DNA of 42,919 nt from a virus. Taxonomy: Duplodnaviria; Heunggongvirae; Uroviricota; Caudoviricetes. The stretch is from IMG/VR virus record IMGVR_UViG_3300028583_002208, one strand, 5' to 3'. Positions 1 through 9,016 of this stretch are shown in pieces. Positions within the stretch are counted from its first letter, which is position 1, and each line of letters starts with the position of its first letter. The position numbers and the translations under genes are program-made. The notes beneath the pieces were generated by a model. It saw only the letters and a program-made list of their open reading frames with translations. It was not told the DNA's origin and did no database searches.

Positions 1-8
1 GTTAAGTG

Positions 9-37
9 TTGTGTTATTTGCAATGCTATGTTATAAT
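9..37 (+). promoter_or_regulatory. sigma70-like promoter upstream of the protease gene
   Basis: TTGTGT(9-14)-17 bp-TATAAT(32-37) with extended -10 TG at 29-30. Confidence 0.55.
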
Positions 38-111
38 GTAACAATAAAGGAGATAGAGTGGATTAATTCTTATTAATTACTTTGTCTCCACTAATAATAA
101 AAGGAAGAGTA

Positions 112-1569
112 ATGGCTAAAAAGAAAGCTCATCAACTCCCCCGCTTTAGTAAATCAATCCTAGAAAAACCTCAACTCATATTAGAATCTAAATTCCGAGA
201 AATATCAGAAGTTCTTGAAAACAGAGAAAACCTTAATGCATATAAAGAAGAACTTCTTTTGTCAGAGGATTTCAATGAAGGTAAAGAATATTTAAACATT
301 TCAGAAGATATTGGTATTCTTAGAGTAGAAGGTCCAACAACTTATAAACCTAATGGTTTTGAAGCTTTATGCGGCGGTTGTAGTTACACAAGTTTACTTT
401 CTCAAATGCAAGAATTTGCTGAGGAAGGTGTTAAAACTGTATTGATGAAACTAGATTCAGGAGGCGGTCAGAGCTACCGCATGATTTTTACGGCAACCCA
501 GTTACGTAAGATTGCAGATGACAATAAGATCCGATTAATAGGGTATATTGATGGCATGGCAGCATCTGCTGGTATGGGTTTAGCTGCAGCTTGTCACGAG
601 TTGATTGCCAATCCAGAAGCCGAAGCAGGTTCTATTGGTGTGGTGATTTCTCTTGCTAACAACAGTAAGCAACTTGAGAAAGAAGGTATTGAACGTACAT
701 TCATTACTGCTGGTAGCGAAAAAGTTCCATTTGAAGATGATGGTAGTTTCCGTAAAGGTTTCTTAGAAGATTTACAGGAAAGTGTAGACGACCTTTATAT
801 CAAGTTTACCAACCATGTAGCTAACATGCGTAATATTTCTGTTCAAACTGTCCGTGATACACAAGCCAGAATGTTTAAAGCAGAGAAAGCTTTACAACTA
901 GGTTTAATCGATAAAATCATGGAAGAAGATGAATTCCAAGCTTATCTGGGTGGTTATTCTATCACTCCTGAGCAACAACAAGGCACTACACAAGTAGCTG
1001 CAAAATTAACTAAGACTGATGAGGAAATCTTAATGTCGAAGAACACAGAGCAAGCTTCTAGTGTTGATGCTGAACAATTAGCTCAACTTCAAGAACTTGA
1101 AACAATCAAAACAAAATTAGCCGCTCTTGAAGCAGAGAAAGAGCAAGCTTCTACAGAATTGGCAAATTATAAAGCTAAAGAAGCACTTGCTGCAAAAGAA
1201 GCACTTGAAGCTAAATTAGATTCTAGCGTATGGGCTGCTGATTGTAAGGAGTCTTTAGTGTCAGTATTACTTTCTGATGAAGTATCTGGTACATATAAAG
1301 AACTTTTAAACACTGTTATCGCTTCTGCTGATATGGCTGTTAATGAGTTAACTGGTAAAGTTGAAGAAGCTACTTCTGCACTTACTGTAGCTCAAGAAGA
1401 ATTTGCAGCAAAAGAAGAAACACTTCAAGCTGAAATGAAAACTATTCAAGAAGAATTTGGTGCTGCTCCTCAAACTACTGAAGAAGCATTACCTCAGACA
1501 GATACTACATCATTAAGTATCGAAGAGCAATTAGCAATTAATCTTAAAAAGTTAAACGCTAACAAGTAA
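112..1569 (+). CDS. Prohead maturation protease (S49 family) fused to a C-terminal scaffold region
   Basis: S49-like motifs LDSGGG, GMAASA and AGSIGV; Ala/Glu-rich coiled-coil C-terminus; ATG 112 follows AAGGA and is preferred over the ORF-track start at 82. Confidence 0.9.
   Translation: MAKKKAHQLPRFSKSILEKPQLILESKFREISEVLENRENLNAYKEELLLSEDFNEGKEYLNISEDIGILRVEGPTTYKPNGFEALCGGCSYTSLLSQMQEFAEEGVKTVLMKLDSGGGQSYRMIFTATQLRKIADDNKIRLIGYIDGMAASAGMGLAAACHELIANPEAEAGSIGVVISLANNSKQLEKEGIERTFITAGSEKVPFEDDGSFRKGFLEDLQESVDDLYIKFTNHVANMRNISVQTVRDTQARMFKAEKALQLGLIDKIMEEDEFQAYLGGYSITPEQQQGTTQVAAKLTKTDEEILMSKNTEQASSVDAEQLAQLQELETIKTKLAALEAEKEQASTELANYKAKEALAAKEALEAKLDSSVWAADCKESLVSVLLSDEVSGTYKELLNTVIASADMAVNELTGKVEEATSALTVAQEEFAAKEETLQAEMKTIQEEFGAAPQTTEEALPQTDTTSLSIEEQLAINLKKLNANK
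1033..1569 (+). CDS. Putative nested scaffolding protein (internal in-frame start)
   Basis: GAGGA at 1021-1025 precedes an in-frame ATG at 1033, where the protease domain ends; same layout as lambda C/Nu3. Confidence 0.6.
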   Translation: MSKNTEQASSVDAEQLAQLQELETIKTKLAALEAEKEQASTELANYKAKEALAAKEALEAKLDSSVWAADCKESLVSVLLSDEVSGTYKELLNTVIASADMAVNELTGKVEEATSALTVAQEEFAAKEETLQAEMKTIQEEFGAAPQTTEEALPQTDTTSLSIEEQLAINLKKLNANK

Positions 1570-1616
1570 TCCCTGCATTAGCAGAACATAATAATTATAA
1601 ATAAAGGAAAAATATA

Positions 1617-1985
1617 ATGGCTACATTATCTCGTAACCAAGTTGTATTACGTGCTCTTCAAGGTGAAGGTACTGGCGATGCAATGATTAACACAACTCTT
1701 CAAGTTACTAAAACTGCTACTATGACTCATGGTACTTTGCTTAAAGCTGACTTCACTGAAGCTGCTGATGCTGATATCACTGCTGGTGACGTTGTCTACG
1801 TAATTGATGATTATCTAATTGACGCTGTTGCAACTGGTGACGAAGCTACTATCCGTGCAGTTGTTGAACTGGATTGGGTTATCTTCCGTGCAGAAGAATT
1901 AAAAGTTGGTAGCACACCACTTACAGAAGCACAGCTTACAGCATTCGGTAAAAAGACTCAAGCTTCTCACGAAGTATTAGTTTAA
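1617..1985 (+). CDS. Head decoration protein (putative)
   Basis: 122 aa, between protease and major capsid genes, strong RBS, highly expressed-type codon usage. Confidence 0.7.
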   Translation: MATLSRNQVVLRALQGEGTGDAMINTTLQVTKTATMTHGTLLKADFTEAADADITAGDVVYVIDDYLIDAVATGDEATIRAVVELDWVIFRAEELKVGSTPLTEAQLTAFGKKTQASHEVLV

Positions 1986-2019
1986 TCCAACAATAATAAG
2001 AATAAAAGGAAAATAAATA

Positions 2020-3060
2020 ATGGCAGATTTACGCTTAGGTGATCAAGGTTTACAGAACTTTACACCACTGATGACACTAGTTCCACGTGTTGAGAACATG
2101 CTTGAGAAAATGGGTTTATTTGATGTAGACTATTCTGAGGAGAGTGTTGTTGCATTTGAACGTATTGTTACTGGTATGGATAACATGTACTCAGTTGCTC
2201 GTGGTGCAGACCGTCAAATTGCGGGTGATGATGAGGCGCGTACAGCTTGGGTAGAAATCCCATTCTTCTCACTAGATTATATTATCAAACCAAAAGATGT
2301 ACAATCTTTACGTGAGTTTGCAACTGCTCAAGACCCTGAAACAGTTCGTTCAAAAGCTGCTCGTGTTATTGCACGTATCCAAAAATCTCACGCTAAGACT
2401 ATCCAAAAGTGTATGTATCAAGCGCTTAAAGGCTCTACTTATGCAGTAGATGCTGATGGTAATCCTCGTCCAAACTTACAACGTTCATTCCAGTCGATGT
2501 TTGAAATCGCTGATGCGGACATGTATAATGGTGCAGCAGGTGGTGCGGCATCTTATGACCTTACTGACCAAGCTATCAACCCAGCAGATGAATTTGAAAA
2601 AGTTCGTAAACATGTGTTTAACAAAGCGGGTGACTTAGGTGATGATTACGAGATCGTAGCTATCCTTGGTACAGATGCTTTCACAGCACTTAAAAACCAC
2701 ACTGACTACGTTGAAGCATTCGCTAACTACGCATCACAAGAAGAGCCTTTACGTCAACGTTTAGGTGGCCTTTCTACAGGTCGTGTACTTCGCTGGCAGG
2801 GTATCACTTACCTTGAAGACGTAAGTGGTCAAGTAGAGTCTAATAAAGGTTACGTATTCCCACGTGGTGTTGATGATATGTTTAAGACTATCTACGGTCA
2901 TTCAGACACTATCGCTGGTGCAAACCGTGAAGAAGAAATTTCTGAAGGTTACCTGTTCATCATGAGTGACTTACGTAAAGAGATTGTATCTAGTGATCTC
3001 GCCGTGGTTTGTTGTAACAGTCGTCCTGACCTTATCGCAAGCTACACGTTCACTGTTTAA
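2020..3060 (+). CDS. Major capsid protein (lambda E-like, HK97 fold)
   Basis: 346 aa; resembles Felix O1-type capsid proteins (EIPFF..I.P.DVQ.LR; C-terminal C.SRPDL); position; followed by a terminator. Confidence 0.92.
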   Translation: MADLRLGDQGLQNFTPLMTLVPRVENMLEKMGLFDVDYSEESVVAFERIVTGMDNMYSVARGADRQIAGDDEARTAWVEIPFFSLDYIIKPKDVQSLREFATAQDPETVRSKAARVIARIQKSHAKTIQKCMYQALKGSTYAVDADGNPRPNLQRSFQSMFEIADADMYNGAAGGAASYDLTDQAINPADEFEKVRKHVFNKAGDLGDDYEIVAILGTDAFTALKNHTDYVEAFANYASQEEPLRQRLGGLSTGRVLRWQGITYLEDVSGQVESNKGYVFPRGVDDMFKTIYGHSDTIAGANREEEISEGYLFIMSDLRKEIVSSDLAVVCCNSRPDLIASYTFTV

Positions 3061-3083
3061 TTTATAGTTGAACAATTTAAAGA

Positions 3084-3107
3084 GAGAAGCCTTGTGCTTC
3101 TCCTTTT
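3084..3107 (+). terminator. Intrinsic terminator after the capsid gene
   Basis: GAGAAGC-cttgt-GCTTCTC followed by CTTTT. Confidence 0.7.
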
Positions 3108-3204
3108 AATAAAACATTCTAATATAGAGTAGTTTATTAAAAGGAGACTTCTCCAAAAGTCATTACATGGAATGTGACTTACAATTATCCCAGAGAGGAA
3201 ACGA

Positions 3205-3693
3205 ATGAAAGAACAATACAAACTTTTTAAAACTAAGAAACAATTCTACCAATGGTTACAATTCTTCATCGAAGATTTAGATTTCAACAAGAGTATCACT
3301 AGCTCACGATTTTCATTCTTCGTAGGAAAAGATTTCTACCATTGCCCTAATATGCGAATCATGTGTGAGAAGTTGAATAACTTCCTACCAGAAGAAGCAC
3401 AACTTGATGAAGTAGCTTCTCGTATCAAAGGCCAAGTTGCAATCATGTTATTCTTCAAGAATGCTGTTGCTGAAAAGGAAACTACTGTAGAAGAAGCTCC
3501 TGTTGAAGAAGATAAGCCAGAAGAAGAAGAGTTAATCACTTTAGAAGTGGATAAGCCTGATTGGGACAAAGTTGATGCAATGGAAGATAAAGATGAATTA
3601 GCAGATTATGCTGAATCTTTCAAAGTAACATTAGCTAAAAATGCTAAACTTGAGAACATGAAGAAAAAGTTTAAAAATGAATACTCAGCTTAA
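3205..3693 (+). CDS. Hypothetical protein with a small helical C-terminal domain
   Basis: GAGG RBS; acidic linker, then KDELADYAESF.V.L...KLENMKK resembling a HeH/Rho-N-like module. Confidence 0.8.
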   Translation: MKEQYKLFKTKKQFYQWLQFFIEDLDFNKSITSSRFSFFVGKDFYHCPNMRIMCEKLNNFLPEEAQLDEVASRIKGQVAIMLFFKNAVAEKETTVEEAPVEEDKPEEEELITLEVDKPDWDKVDAMEDKDELADYAESFKVTLAKNAKLENMKKKFKNEYSA

Positions 3694-3715
3694 TATAATT
3701 AAAAGTTAAGAGTTT

Positions 3716-3755
3716 AAAGACCGCCAAGGGACATTCTCTCTTAGGCGGTCTTTTT
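3716..3755 (+). terminator. Intrinsic terminator, probably bidirectional
   Basis: AAAGACCGCC...GGCGGTCTTTTT between convergent genes. Confidence 0.85.
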
Positions 3756-3771
3756 GCGTAAAGGGGTAAAG

Positions 3772-4116
3772 TTAATCTAAATAATCCAATAGGTCAACAC
3801 CACACGCCTCACAATAACCTAACAAATAGCTGAATGTGATAATACCGTTAGCAAGATTTCTTTGTAAGCAAGTGATCCCTTTCTTAATGGTGTTATATTC
3901 CCAATCAGAAGTCATTTCCCAACTATACCCCTTCTCAGAATATCCTTTCCCAGAAAGTAGTTCCTTCTTAGAAGGTATCTTGTTCTTAACATGACACACT
4001 ATGTAACAATAGTTATCCAATTTTAACAAAGTAAGATAAGGAAAAGTTGTATTCCCTTTAGCCACTTGGATTGTTTTGTCAAAAGTCAAGACACTCTCAT
4101 TAACATCAAAATTCAT
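3772..4116 (-). CDS. Hypothetical protein inserted antisense in the head module
   Basis: AAGGA RBS before ATG 4116 (MNFDV...); own promoter upstream. Confidence 0.7.
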   Translation of the reverse strand: MNFDVNESVLTFDKTIQVAKGNTTFPYLTLLKLDNYCYIVCHVKNKIPSKKELLSGKGYSEKGYSWEMTSDWEYNTIKKGITCLQRNLANGIITFSYLLGYCEACGVDLLDYLD

Positions 4117-4142
4117 AAATAGTTTCCTTGTTTTAAAGGGAC

Positions 4143-4170
4143 ATTTTAACATTATAAAATCTTATGTCAA
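4143..4170 (-). promoter_or_regulatory. sigma70-like promoter
   Basis: TTGACA-16 bp-TAAAAT with extended -10 TG. Confidence 0.65.
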
Positions 4171-4187
4171 GTAAGTAAGGAGTTTCT

Positions 4188-5003
4188 ATGACACCTGTTG
4201 ATATAACCGTCACAGGAGAAGATTTCGTTTCTATTAATCAAGAGGCAGATATACCTGTAGGGACAGAGTTACAACTACAAACTAAAAGTAATCACCCTAT
4301 AGTGATTCAAAGATCAGATTTAAAACCTTCCCCTGATAATAGTAACGGTAGAATTATGAAGGGGGTAGGAAATAAGTCTTCTGTTTATACGATAAGTACT
4401 GGGTCAGAAGAGGTGTGGTTGCGTCTACTCTCTGATAACACATTAAACAGAGGCGTAGTTACTGCTGGGTTCTTTTCGGAAACAACCCCTGTAGAGGTAG
4501 AGTATGCAGCGAGGTTGGACGGTTTGAGTCAATATTGGCAAACATCCTCTCCAGTAACAGCTTCTACTCTAAGTTTCACTTTTATAAAAGACGGCGTAAC
4601 TGGTGATCCAGAAGATAATGCTATGGGAGTATTAGCACTTAATAATAGTACCACTTATTTAACATTACTACCTACAGGTATTATTGAAGTAAATTCAGCT
4701 ATTAGTTCTTTAACTTTCAATGAGGATGTTATTTCTGATGGTGATGACATTACTTCATACTTAGATGGCAGAAAATTATCGGTTGTAGTTAATTTCTCCT
4801 CTCCCACACAGTTCAATATACTAGGAAGAGGACGTTATGTTATACAATTCTTAGAGGGTATTCTGTACAACATTAATGTGGATAATGGACTTCTTATATT
4901 ACCAATGGATGACCCAGAACAAGGTGATACCCAAAACCCTACCACAGGAACTACTACTATAAGAATGTTAAATTATAGTGGTGATGTGTGGGAGGAGGTT
5001 TAA
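4188..5003 (+). CDS. Putative accessory virion protein
   Basis: AAGGAG RBS; beta-rich; N-terminal ~95 aa paralogous to 5295-5582. Confidence 0.75.
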   Translation: MTPVDITVTGEDFVSINQEADIPVGTELQLQTKSNHPIVIQRSDLKPSPDNSNGRIMKGVGNKSSVYTISTGSEEVWLRLLSDNTLNRGVVTAGFFSETTPVEVEYAARLDGLSQYWQTSSPVTASTLSFTFIKDGVTGDPEDNAMGVLALNNSTTYLTLLPTGIIEVNSAISSLTFNEDVISDGDDITSYLDGRKLSVVVNFSSPTQFNILGRGRYVIQFLEGILYNINVDNGLLILPMDDPEQGDTQNPTTGTTTIRMLNYSGDVWEEV

Positions 5004-5004
5004 A

Positions 5005-5295
5005 ATGCCTATAGTTAACCAGACATACGCTTTTGTAACAAACCAAGGCTGGGAGAATTCCCTTTATGAAGTGTGGCCTTTTGCCCCTTTATATGGTGAT
5101 TATAGGTTGCTTGTTTTTGCAGGTAAAGAACTACCTTCTATAGAAAAAGAGTACTCTTCTGCCACTTTTAAATATTTATCCGTAGAGGATACTATAAAGG
5201 CTATGAAATCAAAACAAATAGGTCCGTTTATTTGTAACATCCAACAAGCAAGAGAAGTTACACCACATTTTGAAATACAAAAGGAAATAGAATAA
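5005..5295 (+). CDS. Hypothetical protein
   Basis: ATG 5005 follows GGAGG and directly follows the upstream stop; coupled to the next gene. Confidence 0.75.
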   Translation: MPIVNQTYAFVTNQGWENSLYEVWPFAPLYGDYRLLVFAGKELPSIEKEYSSATFKYLSVEDTIKAMKSKQIGPFICNIQQAREVTPHFEIQKEIE

Positions 5296-5582
5296 TGGCT
5301 ACATTAAATGATATAATTGCTACAAGTGATCAGTTTCAAGCATTAAGTGTTTTAACTGGGGTTGCCGTTGGTACAGCAATAGAACTACAAGTAAAAGGTA
5401 TTTACCCTGTACTTTTAAAAAGTCAAGATACACAACCCACCAACGATGATACTAACGGAAGAGTGTTATACGATATGCGTACAGAATCAGGGATAGTTTC
5501 TATTACAGAGGGATCAGATGAGGTATGGTTACGCTGTTTGAAAGATGGATCTCAATCTAAGATATCTGTAGAAGTAGTTTAG
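5295..5582 (+). CDS. Putative virion protein, paralog of the 4188 N-terminal domain
   Basis: Shared GT.L.LQ.K, NGR and GS.EVWLR motifs. Confidence 0.8.
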   Translation: MATLNDIIATSDQFQALSVLTGVAVGTAIELQVKGIYPVLLKSQDTQPTNDDTNGRVLYDMRTESGIVSITEGSDEVWLRCLKDGSQSKISVEVV

Positions 5583-5583
5583 T

Positions 5584-6984
5584 ATGGGTATTTTATTTAA
5601 GAATGGAGGTACTGTTGCAGGGTTGAACCAATTTATCCTAGGCAGACAACAGAACGTATTCGGTGATGAAACAGAACGAGACAATTACGCAACAGCTAAC
5701 CCCGATTGGCTACAAAGCTATGATGATAACCCTCTCACCACTATTAAAGTAGGGGATACCTTTTATAACAGGGTGGATGGTGCTTGGAATGACCTCACGT
5801 TCCTCATAGGGGTCGCTGGTGATAGTGAAATACTTTCTAATGTATCTGCTTGGAATTATCCTGTTAAACAGCCTGACGGTACGTTTGCAGATGGAGAATT
5901 GACTCTTAATCCAACAACATTAGAAGTTTCTACACCATCAACTTTTAGAACAGGTGTGTCACTTGGTATCAAACTTAAAGATACCCATGCAATAAGCAGT
6001 GTTGGTGAAAATATTTCCTTTTCAAACTTAGTTTCAAACATACCTTTCACTATTGGTGCATGGAGCGATGGAACTTATGGAGAAGATTGGAGACCCACTG
6101 CTAGGTTAGGGTTGGACACTTTTGACGAAGCTGTACTGCAACCAGAGTTTGATACAATTATAACCAACCCAGATTATAGTACTCCTGCATCAGGTGACCG
6201 TAGGACTTATGGTTTCTATTACAAAGGTGTAGCTCCTCAGCAGAAAGTTAAGATAGAGATATTTGAAAACGGTAAAGAGATTTTTGAGTCTAAACTATTT
6301 GATATTGTAACAGGAGATGGATACGTCTCATTCGAAGTTGCAGAAGGTGGGAGTGGTTTTGTAGACTTGTTAGACGGAGTTAATTACCAAATAGTATTTT
6401 CTTCTGTTCTAGGTGATGTACAATTACTTGGTAACGATCAAGGTGTCCCTTATTTAGCGTTGAAGTATCAACTTTGGGAAACTAGAGAGATTTGTTACAA
6501 AGAAGAGTTAGACAACCCTCCGAGGTTTTCAGGTTCATTAAGTGGTGCAACATTTAACCTTAGCACAACAGAGCAAACATTAACTTTTGACCAAACCAAC
6601 TTTTCAAACAATATCACTCTTAATAATGGAACATTCACTGTTGTAGAAAGTGGTTTTTATGAAGGACAGATAACACTTAATGTTAATGTAACAGGTTTTT
6701 CTGCACCAACACTTTTAGTGTGGATTGAACGTTTTATAGGTGGTGTGTGGTCAGTTGTTCCACAGTCTTTAGCCTCTACACGAACATTCTTAGATACAAC
6801 AGCTATTGTGCAGTTATCAACAGGGATTAATTTAGAAGCAGGACAAGCTTTCCGCATAAAGACTCAACAAGTTGGAGGAGGAGTGTTATCTCTTGTGTCG
6901 AATACAGTTATTGTTGCAGCAGGAACTCTAATCCAACCAGTGGCATCTATTGCTTTCAAGCGAACAGGTAAGAAATTTAATTAG
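5584..6984 (+). CDS. Putative virion fibre/adhesin with a C1q/BclA-like C-terminal domain
   Basis: 466 aa, beta-rich; LTFDQTNFSNNITLNNGTFTVVESGFY resembles the C1q-like fold. Confidence 0.65.
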   Translation: MGILFKNGGTVAGLNQFILGRQQNVFGDETERDNYATANPDWLQSYDDNPLTTIKVGDTFYNRVDGAWNDLTFLIGVAGDSEILSNVSAWNYPVKQPDGTFADGELTLNPTTLEVSTPSTFRTGVSLGIKLKDTHAISSVGENISFSNLVSNIPFTIGAWSDGTYGEDWRPTARLGLDTFDEAVLQPEFDTIITNPDYSTPASGDRRTYGFYYKGVAPQQKVKIEIFENGKEIFESKLFDIVTGDGYVSFEVAEGGSGFVDLLDGVNYQIVFSSVLGDVQLLGNDQGVPYLALKYQLWETREICYKEELDNPPRFSGSLSGATFNLSTTEQTLTFDQTNFSNNITLNNGTFTVVESGFYEGQITLNVNVTGFSAPTLLVWIERFIGGVWSVVPQSLASTRTFLDTTAIVQLSTGINLEAGQAFRIKTQQVGGGVLSLVSNTVIVAAGTLIQPVASIAFKRTGKKFN

Positions 6985-6990
6985 GAATTC

Positions 6991-8208
6991 TTACTTCCAC
7001 CACTCGTTTATATAATCTTTACAAAAGGAACAAACCTCTTCATAATGTTTGTTCTTAACTAACTCACTACTTCCGTAAGTATTTTCTGGTCGGTCAGAAT
7101 CATAAATACCGTCACCAAAACCTATGAGCAACTGTTCTAAGTTAAATATGGTTATGTGATCTGCTTGTAAGGTGAGGGTTTGTGTAAAAGTGAATTTATC
7201 TTTTCCGTAGAAATTATCTAACCTACCCTGATTTTCTTTCAACCTCCTATTTAGGTCAAAAGTTCTCCCAACTTTAAAATAAGGTAGGCCAGATATAAGT
7301 AGGTACAGATTATCAGGGTAATGTTCTTTCCCTTTAAAGTATCCAAAGTTACTTACAGCACAAGACCTGCATCTTTGACCTGAGATATATCTACTTGCAG
7401 ATGTGAGGCAAGGGTGATTGTTATTACAAACCCAATGAAATTTACTATTAACATCTTCATATGGTTTATCCCATTTTAAGAAAGTTGATTTTTCAGATGA
7501 CAATATTTTATTTATTTTGAAATTTATGATATTATAAGGGTATCTATAACTATTGCTGCATCTGCAAGGTAAGGAACCTTTCCGTAAGCCAGAGGCAGTT
7601 GATGAGAATACCCCAGAACACAAACCCTCTTCTACGTATTCATCATAAGAGCAAGAAGGGCAAGTGTAGGTCCACCTAGCAGTATTCTCACTGTCTCTAT
7701 AAAATTTAGTACCTTCTTTAAATTTACCTGATTCCCAGAAAGATTTTATATTATCTTTATCACTCTTAAACATACGTTTCGACGAAGCCAAACGCCGTAC
7801 CTCAGGATCTCTTTTACCATTGTTTATAAAATTGTTTATATTGCAGCTACTCCAAGTATTATCTGTAACGGGATTGTGTAATATAAGTTTAGTATCCACC
7901 CCTAACCATTCACCATCAAACCCTAAAAATGTATATCCTAGGTCAAGACATTTACGTTGTATCTTAACAACCCACTGGTACTCTTTCCATTTAGTAGACT
8001 TGGAACAACCGCAAGGAACTCTACCCTTTAAAAGGTGGCTCTTAGATATTAAAAAATCCTCGCTGAAAAGTTCTTTATCCTGACTACAGATAGAACATTC
8101 AACTTTATACTTGACTTTCCAGTTATTAACTTCTTTCCCCGTTACCGTCAAAACACCACCCCCGTAAGTAGTGAAAGTTTCTCCGATAAAATTATCAACT
8201 TTTTTCAT
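6991..8208 (-). CDS. Free-standing homing endonuclease (Cys/Zn-ribbon repeats plus T5orf172 GIY-YIG domain)
   Basis: Repeated CxxC...CxCS modules; C-terminal LYLL...FKVGRT...RRLKE...LEQ. Confidence 0.85.
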   Translation of the reverse strand: MKKVDNFIGETFTTYGGGVLTVTGKEVNNWKVKYKVECSICSQDKELFSEDFLISKSHLLKGRVPCGCSKSTKWKEYQWVVKIQRKCLDLGYTFLGFDGEWLGVDTKLILHNPVTDNTWSSCNINNFINNGKRDPEVRRLASSKRMFKSDKDNIKSFWESGKFKEGTKFYRDSENTARWTYTCPSCSYDEYVEEGLCSGVFSSTASGLRKGSLPCRCSNSYRYPYNIINFKINKILSSEKSTFLKWDKPYEDVNSKFHWVCNNNHPCLTSASRYISGQRCRSCAVSNFGYFKGKEHYPDNLYLLISGLPYFKVGRTFDLNRRLKENQGRLDNFYGKDKFTFTQTLTLQADHITIFNLEQLLIGFGDGIYDSDRPENTYGSSELVKNKHYEEVCSFCKDYINEWWK

Positions 8209-8344
8209 ACTTACTTTTATCCTTTTCTGTTTTCATTTTCACCCTGCAATTAACACTGCAAGTTTTGGCACCTTCTCGGGCATAAAAATATTCTCCGCAA
8301 AAATCACAAGTTTTAGGTTCTGGTGGGGTCTTTTTATCTTTCAT
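8195..8344 (-). CDS. Small Zn-finger protein (49 aa), absent from the ORF track
   Basis: MKDKKTPPEPKTCDFCGEYFYAREGAKTCSVNCRVKMKTEKDKSKYEKS; AAGGAAAAGT RBS; overlaps the endonuclease start. Confidence 0.7.
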   Translation of the reverse strand: MKDKKTPPEPKTCDFCGEYFYAREGAKTCSVNCRVKMKTEKDKSKYEKS

Positions 8345-8374
8345 ACTTTTCCTTATATTAACACTTATCTGTTA

Positions 8375-8403
8375 TTGATAATTACATTATAACAGTTTAT
8401 AAT
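8375..8403 (+). promoter_or_regulatory. sigma70-like promoter
   Basis: TTGATA-17 bp-TATAAT. Confidence 0.7.
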
Positions 8404-8437
8404 AGATTAATCAACTCAATTTACAAAAGGTTCAAAA

Positions 8438-8992
8438 ATGGATTTCACAAATAAGAATGTGGAGGAGATAGAAGAATACTTAAGGTTCTGGTTTGGGGAT
8501 CTTACCGAATCTCAAATATCTTCTGAAAACATGCAAAAGATTATACAGTTAGTGATTGACAGAAACCCCGAATACACAGGGTGTCAGGTAGTCTATTATT
8601 CAGCTGTAGAAGTTCTTCAATGGTTAATAAGACAACAATCAAAAGGACAAGCAGGGAGTCTTGGTGCAGGATTAAGTAAAAAAACTGAAAAGGTGGGTGA
8701 TGTAAGCATATCACAGGAATACGCCTTTAACGATTCTTCGGTAACATCAGGTTGGGATAGGGTACTAGAGGATCTTGAAGAAGACCCCTCGTCCATAGGC
8801 TGTATAGTTTTTACTGATAGTAAAGAAGATATGGGCTTAGTTCTTCTCGGTGGTGTTTCTCAGAAAGAATACCACAGAGTAAAAGATAACCCTGATTCGC
8901 GTAACGGATATGATGTTGAAACAGAGTACAGGAAATCACCTTATAGTTGTTTCTCTAATAGGCGAAAGAATAAACGTTACTACGATATTTAA
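8438..8992 (+). CDS. Head-tail adaptor/connector (putative)
   Basis: First neck-cluster gene; TEKVGDVSISQEY resembles adaptor proteins. Confidence 0.65.
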   Translation: MDFTNKNVEEIEEYLRFWFGDLTESQISSENMQKIIQLVIDRNPEYTGCQVVYYSAVEVLQWLIRQQSKGQAGSLGAGLSKKTEKVGDVSISQEYAFNDSSVTSGWDRVLEDLEEDPSSIGCIVFTDSKEDMGLVLLGGVSQKEYHRVKDNPDSRNGYDVETEYRKSPYSCFSNRRKNKRYYDI

Positions 8993-9016
8993 TCCTCTTA
9001 TCACAAAATAGGTAAT

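Noticed and set aside
8171-8392. + strand 73-aa ORF
   Set aside because: Shadow of the - strand Zn-finger ORF, which has an RBS and a recognisable motif
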